From an uncultured Gemmatimonadota bacterium (GTDB lineage: Bacteria; GCA-2686955), in NCBI GenBank assembly GCA_964490075.1, contig CAZBBK010000023.1, positions 1 to 64,000 of the forward strand: a stretch of DNA of 64,000 nt, given 5' to 3'. Under the pieces are notes generated by a model. That model was given only the letters and a program-made list of their open reading frames with translations, had not been told where the DNA came from and searched no databases. Of this stretch, positions 37,919 through 45,891 are shown in pieces. The position numbers and the translations under genes were made by a program. Every line of letters begins with the position of its first letter. Position 1 is the stretch's first letter.

Positions 37919-38398
37919 CTACCCCGCCGCGGGGCCGGCGGCCAGCGATCCGCCGACCTTCTCCATCCGCCAATGCCGAATCCCCACCTCGTCGAAGGGA
38001 GCACCGACCCGTCGCCATCCACGGCGCGAGTAGAAACCGACCGCCTCCGCCCGCGCGTGGCAGTAAAGGCCGCGCAGCCCGAGCTCGCCGAAGGCTCTTC
38101 GCTCGATCGCTGCCAGCAGCTCGCTGCCAATTCCGCCGCCCCGCAGCGCGCGCGCCACCGCCATCTGCATCAGCTTCCCCGCGTCGCCCTCGACGATGAG
38201 CAGGGCGCAACCGACCACCGAGCCTCCCCGGGTGACGACGAAATGCTCCGCGGTGTCGTCGACCCCCGGGAACTCCTTGTGAAAGCGTTCCACGCTGTAG
38301 CCGACAGGATCCAGCAGCACGTGCAGGCGCAGCGCCGACTCCGCCCCGTAGAGCGGATGGTGGGTGTCGATGCGCTCGACCTCGATTTCGTCCTTCAA
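37919..38398 (-). CDS. GNAT family N-acetyltransferase (ElaA-like)
   Basis: LRLHVL, MQMAV..LRGGGIG, HARAEAVGFY..GW, FDEVGIRHWRM; TTG start overlaps the upstream stop. Confidence 0.88.
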   Translation of the reverse strand: MKDEIEVERIDTHHPLYGAESALRLHVLLDPVGYSVERFHKEFPGVDDTAEHFVVTRGGSVVGCALLIVEGDAGKLMQMAVARALRGGGIGSELLAAIERRAFGELGLRGLYCHARAEAVGFYSRRGWRRVGAPFDEVGIRHWRMEKVGGSLAAGPAAG

Positions 38399-40824
38399 CG
38401 CACCACGGCCTCGAAGCGGCACTCGTCGATCAGCGTCGCGGTGCCCGGCTCGAACGCCCCCACCCGCAGGTTGTAGGCGCCCGCCGGAGCGCCCGGCGGG
38501 ACTACGAGCTGCACTTCGTGCGCCAGCTCGAGTCCGGCCGCGAATCTCACATCGTCCTTGCGCAGCACCTCGATCTCCACGCCGTTGCGGCGCGCGACCA
38601 GTACCAGGTCGACGAGCTGCTGCTGCGCGGTCGGGTTGTCGATCGCCACCACGAATCGCGCGATCCCCCCGGGAGGAACCGCATCGATGGGCCGCTCGAC
38701 GATTCCCAGCTCGATCGCGCTGCGCTCCGCCGCGCCGATATCCGGAGCGCCGTCGGGGCGCTCGTCGGAGAAATTGGCGAGCAACACTCCGGCATCGAGG
38801 TTGGCGTCGCCCGCCGCCAGCCTCAGATCACCCGCGGCCGGAGAGCGGAACTCCGGAAGGTGGCTGATCCCGTGCAGCTCCTGCGCGGTGGAGTCCTGGA
38901 AGCTCTCGAGATCGTCGAAATCCTCGGGCTGATGCTCGATCCGGTTGTAGAAATGCAGCAAGTAGGGCCAGGTCGAATCGGCCCATTGCCAGGCGCAGAG
39001 GTTGTCGTAGTCGAGATCGAGGGGCACCGTGCGCCACGACAGATCCCACGACATCGCGCTCTTGCGCCCGACCACGATGTTGTTGCGCATGCGCACGTCG
39101 AGCCACGAGCTGCCGGTCATGATGTTGGCGAACGCGGGCGTGTCGGCGCTCAGGTCGTCGTCCCGGTTCGAAAAGGTGTTGTGGTAGATGCGGATCGGTC
39201 CCCCCGCGAACGTGGTGTCGGAGTAGATCGTGGAGACCTTCAATGACGAGCGTAACAGGTCGAAGATGGTGTTGTTGAAGACATAGGCTGGTCCGTGCCG
39301 CACTGGGGCCAGGCTGACGCCGACGCGGCTCTGTTCGACGAAATTGCCCCACACTCGCACGTTGGCCGCGTCGCCGTCGACCTCGATCGCATCGTCGCCG
39401 GCGTGGGTGACGAGATTGTCGTAGATGTCGATTTCGAAGCAGCGGTCGGCGCGCGGACCCGGTTCGATCGACGGATAGCCGACCGGGGCCATGCCGTTGA
39501 AATGCCCGTCCGACCAGTTGCGATAGAGCTCGATGCCGCCGTGCGCGGCGGCGGAGTTGCCGCTGTAGGTGTCGTAGTAGATCAGAACGCCGCAGGTTTC
39601 TTCGTTGTGCCCTTTGATCGCATTCCAGGGCATTCCCCAAATGTTGTTGGTCTCGAAGCGACAGTCGCGAATGATGTTGCGGTGGGTGCGCGCCAGCTCG
39701 TCGATGCCGTCGTTCGGGTCGGTGTCGTGCCCGCGCAGCATCACGCCGTCTGAGCCATGATGGTGGATGTAGCAGCGTTGCACCACGCACTGGCCCGAGT
39801 TGAACAGGTAGACCGGCACCCAGCGCGTATGGCGCACCTCGAAACCGTCGACCACGACGTGCTCCATCTCGTGCAGTGTGATGCCGTGGTGGACCGTGCC
39901 GAAGTGGACGGGGTGCTGGCCGGGATTGGCGTCGCCGGGCAGCCGCAGGTAGGCGCGCTCGTCGGAGGTCGCCCAGCCGTAGTCGATCGTCACGTACTCG
40001 CCGGGAGAAATCTCGAAGGTCTGGCCGGTGCAGATCGAGTCGACATGCGAGAATTTGTAGAGACGGAGATCGGTCTCGGTCTCGGTGTCGTAGTAGGCGA
40101 CCCAGGGATGCTCGTCGAAGGGCTCGACCATCTTCCAGGCGCAGTGCGCCGCGTCCCACTCCCAGCGCGAGGGATCGTTGTGCAGCTGGTAAGTGGTGTC
40201 GGCGCCGTCGATGATCACGCCCTCGCCTTCCGCCTTGAGCACGATCGGGGTCTGCGCCGTGGTCGGAAGATCGGGACCGAGCCACAGAGTCTCCCGGTAG
40301 ATCCCGGGAAGGACGTGCAGCGAGTCGCCGGCCGCCAGGCTGTCGGCGGCGGCGCCCAGGGTGCGCAGCGCCTGGTCAGGGCTTTTGCCGGAGCTGTCGT
40401 CGTCGCCGCTCGCCGCGTCGACGTACCAGTCGCCCCCCAACGCGGGAGACAAGGCAATGGTCTGTGTGCGCAAGGTGTCGCGCTCGCTGAACGCCCCGAA
40501 CGCTCCCTGCTGGAACGCGTGCAGCTCGTATTCGGTGTCGACGTCGAGCAGCACGATCGAGCCGCTCCAGTAGCCCTCGGAGATCGGTTCCAGAGACTGG
40601 GCCGCGCGCCACTCGGCGGGGCCGTGCAGGGCTCGAAACTCGACCAGCACCTCCGCGTCGGGCTTCAGCTCCCCGCCGGGATCGACCAGCTTGAGCCCGG
40701 CACTGTGGGCGGTGGTCATCCAGTGCACCAGTCCCTGCTCGTGGTAGAGCTCGGCGGCCGGCGCGGTGCTCGGAGCGGTGAGGAGAGCCATCAGGATCGG
40801 AAGGAGAGGCGTGAAGGGGCGCAT
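38395..40824 (-). CDS. Secreted right-handed beta-helix (pectin-lyase-like) protein with C-terminal Ig-like domain
   Basis: Signal peptide; WYVD..GDD..G, PGIYRE, VVVDGFEV, DDAIEVDG, NNTI/HNTF/NNIV repeats, PDIGAAE. Confidence 0.8.
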   Translation of the reverse strand: MRPFTPLLPILMALLTAPSTAPAAELYHEQGLVHWMTTAHSAGLKLVDPGGELKPDAEVLVEFRALHGPAEWRAAQSLEPISEGYWSGSIVLLDVDTEYELHAFQQGAFGAFSERDTLRTQTIALSPALGGDWYVDAASGDDDSSGKSPDQALRTLGAAADSLAAGDSLHVLPGIYRETLWLGPDLPTTAQTPIVLKAEGEGVIIDGADTTYQLHNDPSRWEWDAAHCAWKMVEPFDEHPWVAYYDTETETDLRLYKFSHVDSICTGQTFEISPGEYVTIDYGWATSDERAYLRLPGDANPGQHPVHFGTVHHGITLHEMEHVVVDGFEVRHTRWVPVYLFNSGQCVVQRCYIHHHGSDGVMLRGHDTDPNDGIDELARTHRNIIRDCRFETNNIWGMPWNAIKGHNEETCGVLIYYDTYSGNSAAAHGGIELYRNWSDGHFNGMAPVGYPSIEPGPRADRCFEIDIYDNLVTHAGDDAIEVDGDAANVRVWGNFVEQSRVGVSLAPVRHGPAYVFNNTIFDLLRSSLKVSTIYSDTTFAGGPIRIYHNTFSNRDDDLSADTPAFANIMTGSSWLDVRMRNNIVVGRKSAMSWDLSWRTVPLDLDYDNLCAWQWADSTWPYLLHFYNRIEHQPEDFDDLESFQDSTAQELHGISHLPEFRSPAAGDLRLAAGDANLDAGVLLANFSDERPDGAPDIGAAERSAIELGIVERPIDAVPPGGIARFVVAIDNPTAQQQLVDLVLVARRNGVEIEVLRKDDVRFAAGLELAHEVQLVVPPGAPAGAYNLRVGAFEPGTATLIDECRFEAVVR

Positions 40825-40946
40825 CGAGGTATCCGCGGAAAGAAGGTTCGGGTTTGCCGCCGCCCCCCCCCATTCAAACACAACCGCCGACCCCGGCCCC
40901 AGCCTCGCGTCCGAATGCCGGCCTTCCAGGGCGCGCTCCTCGCCAA

Positions 40947-41210
40947 CTACGGGCTGTCGACCGGCGACAGCTCGTAGAGCGTGAAGTAATACGGACCCGG
41001 TTGACGGATGCCGAGGTAGCGGACGGCCGTGGTCCGCAGCGCGTCGAAGCGACGGCCGGAGATGGTCCGGTTGTCGAAGCGTTCGCGCCGCCGATCGCGG
41101 TCGACGGAGTATTCGACGCGGGCATAGAAGAGGGCGGCCGCGGCGACACCCAGGGTGGCGGTCGAGATCGCCGTCGCGCTCCGCCGGCGCGGCGGAAGCA
41201 GAAACGCCAC
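40947..41210 (-). other. Possible short ORF or fragment of a membrane-protein gene
   Basis: One hydrophobic stretch plus an aromatic-rich tail; no clear start. Confidence 0.2.
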
Positions 41211-41284
41211 GCGGGCGGCGGAGGGTCGACCATGCGATTGACTCTACCCGATCGACCCCCGCGTCTCCGGCAGATCGGGGCCGA

Positions 41285-42883
41285 TCAACGGTCGACGAAG
41301 AGCGGCAGGCGCGAGACTCCGTAGTCCCCCAGGTCGACGCGATACTCGTACTGGCCTTCGGGAGCGCTCCAGGGGATGGTCGCCGACCAGGTGCGCTGCG
41401 TCGAGTAGCCTTGCCGGCCCGCCGGCTCGACCTTGATCAGCAGCTCACGCAGCGCCGTCTCGCCGCCTCCGGGCAGACCCAGGGTGACCTGCGCCGCGAC
41501 CTGGATCGGCGCGTCGGAGGTGTTGATCGTTGTATGCAACACCTGGATCCTGTCGCCGGGGCGAACTCGGCGGCGATGCGAGCTGAGATAGAGCTCGAGC
41601 GCGTCGGACTGGTCGAAGGGGGTTGCGCCCATGTCGGCGCGGGTGCCGTCGGGATCGCGCCGGGCGGCCGGATCGCCGCCGTCGATCGCAGGCGATCTCC
41701 AGAGCAGGCGATAGTCACCCCATGAAGGTGCCACGTAGCGCGGGTCGATACAGATATCATTGGGGCCGGCGCTCAGGCCCGCGTAGTTGCCGCCTTCGTT
41801 GGCCCATACATCGTTGTGACTGAGCGCCGTGACCACCCGCAACACATCGATTCCGGCGCCGTCGCGATTCTGTGTCACCAGCGAGGAAGAGAGCGTGAGA
41901 TGCTGGTCGACGGCGTGGATTCCGGAGCCGGCCGGTGCGGCGTTGCCGTGGATGGTGCTCTGGAGCGCGACCAGCGGCGCGCGCAACATGTGCAGTCCCC
42001 CGCCTTGCTCTTCCGCCAGGTTGTTCAGCACGGCGACGCGATCGAAGCTGATCTGGCCGTCGGTGAGACTCAGTCCTCCGCCGGAGACGGCGTGGTTGCG
42101 GGCGACGCGCAGATCCGCGAGCGTCACCTGGGCGCAGCGACTGTGCAGGCCGCCTCCCAAAAGTGTCGCTTCGTTGTCGCTGATCTGGCCCCCGTAGATC
42201 TCCAGGTTGCCGTTGTCGGCCACCACCCCCGCGCCGCTCGCGGCGCGGTTGCCCTCCAGGATCGGTCGCCTCAGCACCAGGGTGCCGCGCGAGATCCATA
42301 CGCCGCCGCCGTCGCCGGTCGCCTGGTTGGAGTCGGCCAGGAGATCGTCGAGGGAGTAGATGCCGTCGATGGCGAAGAGTCCGGCTCCGCGCTGGGCGCG
42401 GTTGGCGATCAGCAGCACGCCTTTGAGATCGGGGTTTCCGTGGGCGATGTGCATCCCGCCGCCGTCGGCGGTGGCGTCGTTGTCCTTTGCGATCAAGTGA
42501 TGCAGCCTGGGCGACGAGTCCAGCAGGAAGAGCCCGCCGCCGTTCACCGCGTAGCCGCCGGTCAGCGTGAAGCCCTCGATGACCGACTCCGGAGTCTCGC
42601 CCGAATTGCAGGTGAGGACCGACCCGGCACCCTGGGCGTCGATGACCGTGTGGTCGGGACCGCCCTCGGAACGTAGCGTGATCGCCTTGCCGTGCAGGTT
42701 GATGGTCTCGAGGTAGAGGCCCGGGGCGACCAGCACGGTGTCGCCGGTGGTGGCGGCGGCGATTCCGTCGCCGATGGTCGGCAGATCGCTCGGAACGCGC
42801 CACAGCGCCGCGTTGCCGGAGGCGCCGCAGGCGAGCACGCTCGCCGCCAGGATGGTGATTCTGATGTCGCAGTGTCTGGTCAT
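41285..42883 (-). CDS. Secreted beta-helix (Pmp-like GGG repeat) protein with C-terminal Ig-like domain
   Basis: Signal peptide; VPSDLPTI..GDTVLVAPG.Y.E; repeated NxA..GGG; SPAIDGG, DMGA. Confidence 0.82.
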   Translation of the reverse strand: MTRHCDIRITILAASVLACGASGNAALWRVPSDLPTIGDGIAAATTGDTVLVAPGLYLETINLHGKAITLRSEGGPDHTVIDAQGAGSVLTCNSGETPESVIEGFTLTGGYAVNGGGLFLLDSSPRLHHLIAKDNDATADGGGMHIAHGNPDLKGVLLIANRAQRGAGLFAIDGIYSLDDLLADSNQATGDGGGVWISRGTLVLRRPILEGNRAASGAGVVADNGNLEIYGGQISDNEATLLGGGLHSRCAQVTLADLRVARNHAVSGGGLSLTDGQISFDRVAVLNNLAEEQGGGLHMLRAPLVALQSTIHGNAAPAGSGIHAVDQHLTLSSSLVTQNRDGAGIDVLRVVTALSHNDVWANEGGNYAGLSAGPNDICIDPRYVAPSWGDYRLLWRSPAIDGGDPAARRDPDGTRADMGATPFDQSDALELYLSSHRRRVRPGDRIQVLHTTINTSDAPIQVAAQVTLGLPGGGETALRELLIKVEPAGRQGYSTQRTWSATIPWSAPEGQYEYRVDLGDYGVSRLPLFVDR

Positions 42884-42900
42884 GGTCGTCGTGGCTCCCA

Positions 42901-43569
42901 TCATGGGGACCCTGCCCCCGCGAGGGCCTGCATCCGCTGTGCGTCGCATGCCTGCTCGGAGTCGCGCCGTGGCAGATCGGCGCTGCGGGCGATGGTCCAG
43001 TAGTTGCCGCCGAGGCGCAGTGCAATCGGAAGAGGAATCCGATTCAGCAGCGTTTCGGCGAGGCCGATCAGTTTCAGCCGGCGCAGGGTCCGTTCTGGCC
43101 AGGGTTCTACCCAGTGGCGCTGGACGGCGAAGCCGGTAGCGCCGAGCAGCCGGCCGATGTTGCGGGGGGAGAAGGCGTAGAGATGTCCCGGATGGCTCTC
43201 GTAGTAGCGGTCCTTGCCGATCAAATCGGCGGCCGAGCCCTCGATCGGCAGTGCGAGTGCCAACACTCCGCCCGGATGACGCAGGGCTCTGCGAGCTTCG
43301 CGCAGCAGCGTGAGCGGTGCGTCGACGTGCTCCAGCACGTTGGAGCAGAAGACGGCGTCGAACTCGCCGTCGGGCACCGGAAGGGGACGGTTCAGATCGG
43401 CGCGGCGAACGCTCATGCCGGCGGCGGTGCAGGCTCGAAGGTCCGGCTCCGAGAGCTCCAACCCCACCGACTCGGGGCCGAAGCAACGCAAGTACTGGCC
43501 GCTGGCGCAGCCCAGATCGAGCACCTTGCGCCCCGCCAGGAGCGCGCGCACGCGCCCGAAGGTCTGCAT
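42901..43569 (-). CDS. Class I SAM-dependent methyltransferase
   Basis: VLDLGCASG, ADLN, FDAVFCSNVLEHV, HLYAFS; GAGG RBS. Confidence 0.88.
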   Translation of the reverse strand: MQTFGRVRALLAGRKVLDLGCASGQYLRCFGPESVGLELSEPDLRACTAAGMSVRRADLNRPLPVPDGEFDAVFCSNVLEHVDAPLTLLREARRALRHPGGVLALALPIEGSAADLIGKDRYYESHPGHLYAFSPRNIGRLLGATGFAVQRHWVEPWPERTLRRLKLIGLAETLLNRIPLPIALRLGGNYWTIARSADLPRRDSEQACDAQRMQALAGAGSP

Positions 43570-43796
43570 ATTTCCTCGTCGGATCGGCTGCACGTCTGAC
43601 GGCATACGCTCCCTCTGGATCGAGTCGATACAGGACACGACGAGTCCCGCCGCTTTCTGGTCGATCGACCACCCTGTGAGACGATTCAGCGGAATTGGCA
43701 GCCGCGGTGCCCCCCCGGCGCCAAAATCAAGAATAACATGAGAACGTCCGCCTTTCTTTCACCCCCGCCACGGCCGTCGTCGAGGAGAACCCGGTC

Positions 43797-45713
43797 ATGA
43801 CTCAGCTCCATGTTCGCTCCCGCTCTCTTCTCTGGACCCTCTGCTGCGTGGCCCTGAGCGCGTCCCCGGCGCTGTCCGCCGCCGGCCCGCCCAACTCGTT
43901 GCGCGACTTGGTGTTCGGCGCTGGTCACCGGCCTGTGCACGAGCTGCGGATCGACTCCGCGCAGTACCGTTACCTGGCGCCCTTCTCGAAGCTCCCCTTC
44001 TTGCTCTGGCCGGCGACCGAGGGCGTCGACGCGCCCTTCGCGCGCGACCACGAAGCGGTGCGCATGTGGCTCGACCGCCATCGCGACACACTGGGCACCG
44101 GTCCATTTCATCCGGTCTTCCTCCGATCCGCGAGCTGGCGCGACAACGAAGTCTGGTCGTACCGGCTGGTGCGGGAGGGAGTGGCGCTGCACGGCGCGCG
44201 AATCGACGTGCATTGGCGGCACGGCGGCTTCGAGGGGTTGATGAGCGACCTGCCCGGGCCGATCGACGTTTCGACGCAGAGCGCGCCGGAGGCGCGGGAC
44301 GGAGTGGGAAGCGTGGTCTGGTTTCCCCGACCCAAAGGGGCCGGCGGTCGCGACGGCGTCGACTTGGAGCTCGCGAGGGTGCAGCGCGAGGTCGTGGGGC
44401 CGAACTCGCGCACCCGCTACGTCTCGGCCACGGGCGAGCGCTTGCTCACGGTGGTCTCGGCGGCCTCCGGGGCCCCACCCGCACCGCCGCGCGTCGCTCA
44501 GTGGACCGAGTACAACGTGCCCTCCGGCACCTTTCCCGATCAGATCGACTCCGATTCCCAGGGCAAGATCTGGTTCAGTCAGCCTCTGAACGACATGATT
44601 CGGATCTTCGATCCCGTTGCGCAGACCTTCGACCAGGTGTCGACCGGCAACGACGATCCGGACGGTCTGATCGTCGATTCGAACGACCTGGTCTGGTCGG
44701 GGCTCTACTACTCCGGGCGCGGGCTGGGCCGGGTCGACGTCGCGACCCACGCCTACACCAGCTTCGCTCCCCCCTACGGAGGGTCCCTGATGGCGATCCC
44801 CTTCGAGACCTGCGCCGGCGGTATCTGGGTCACCGATCACCAGCTCAACCGCGTTTCGGAGTTCGATCCGCTGAGCCAGACCTGGGTCGGCACCCACCTG
44901 ATGCCGACCGCCGATTGCTGGGTGGTCGACACCGCGGAAGATCCGGCGACCCAGACGCTCTACTTCACGGAGTACAACGTCAATCAGCTCGGCGTGCGGC
45001 CACCGGGGGGTCCGATCAGTGATGTGTCGGTCTCTTCGGGAGGGCCCTCGTTCCACGACTTCGCGAACGGTGTTGTCTACTACACTTTGTGGACTCGCGG
45101 AGTGCTGGGTGCGTACGATGTTTCGTCCGGCGCCAATACCGAGTACCTCCACCCTCATACCTACGAGTTCGGCGGGCCGATGGACTTGATGGCGAACGGG
45201 GATGTGGTGGTCGGCAGCCGCAATGCCGGCTACGTCTACGTGCTGCGACTGGCGACCGAAACCTGGGAAAGCTACAAAATTCCGACCAGCTATGCGGGCT
45301 TGAAGGACGGCTTGCACGTCGATGCCCAGGACGTGATCTGGATCACAGAATCGGGCGCCGACAAGATCGCCAAGCTGGAGCTGGGGCCGCTCGACGTCGA
45401 GCCGGTGCTGGCTGTCTCCGGCAGCTGCCCCGGCATCGTGACCGCGGAGATCACCAATGCCGCGCCGAGGGCTCGTGTCGCGGTGGTCTACTCGCCCGCG
45501 ACTGGTGCGGGATCGATTCCTTGCGGCAGCGTCTGCGGCGGCTCGGAGCTCGGGCTCGGGGCCGGCGCCCGGTTGGTCGCCACGGTGACCGCCAACGAGC
45601 TGGGCGCCGCCAGCGTGTCGGGCAACGCTCCGGCCGGGGCCTGCTCCGGCCATCTGCAGGTGATCGACCTGGCGACCTGCCTGGCGAGCAACGTGGAGAA
45701 GCTGCCGATGTAG
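43797..45713 (+). CDS. Secreted protein with Vgb-like beta-propeller and Cys-rich C-terminal domain
   Basis: Signal peptide; repeats G.IWF..., IWVTDH, LYFTEY, IWITE; C-terminal GSCPG...CGG...AC...TC..SNV. Confidence 0.78.
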   Translation: MTQLHVRSRSLLWTLCCVALSASPALSAAGPPNSLRDLVFGAGHRPVHELRIDSAQYRYLAPFSKLPFLLWPATEGVDAPFARDHEAVRMWLDRHRDTLGTGPFHPVFLRSASWRDNEVWSYRLVREGVALHGARIDVHWRHGGFEGLMSDLPGPIDVSTQSAPEARDGVGSVVWFPRPKGAGGRDGVDLELARVQREVVGPNSRTRYVSATGERLLTVVSAASGAPPAPPRVAQWTEYNVPSGTFPDQIDSDSQGKIWFSQPLNDMIRIFDPVAQTFDQVSTGNDDPDGLIVDSNDLVWSGLYYSGRGLGRVDVATHAYTSFAPPYGGSLMAIPFETCAGGIWVTDHQLNRVSEFDPLSQTWVGTHLMPTADCWVVDTAEDPATQTLYFTEYNVNQLGVRPPGGPISDVSVSSGGPSFHDFANGVVYYTLWTRGVLGAYDVSSGANTEYLHPHTYEFGGPMDLMANGDVVVGSRNAGYVYVLRLATETWESYKIPTSYAGLKDGLHVDAQDVIWITESGADKIAKLELGPLDVEPVLAVSGSCPGIVTAEITNAAPRARVAVVYSPATGAGSIPCGSVCGGSELGLGAGARLVATVTANELGAASVSGNAPAGACSGHLQVIDLATCLASNVEKLPM

Positions 45714-45875
45714 GTGCCCCACTCCGCAAATACGGTGGCATTCGGACGCCGCTGCATCCACGCTGGCTGCGTTGCTCCTGCTCGCCATAGCCTCCGGCTA
45801 TGACTCGTCGTCGCGCCTTGCCAGCGCGGCGCAGCGGCGCCCTCGGTGCTCACCGTATTTGCGGAGTGGGCCACC
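45713..45875. mobile_element. 163-bp palindromic non-autonomous element (MITE/REP-like)
   Basis: 25-bp terminal inverted repeats with 1 mismatch (GGTGCCCCACTCCGCAAATACGGTG / CACCGTATTTGCGGAGTGGGCCACC); nested inverted segments; central CATAGCC-TCC-GGCTATG hairpin. Confidence 0.7.
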
Positions 45876-45891
45876 AAGGGTCGGCGAACGA

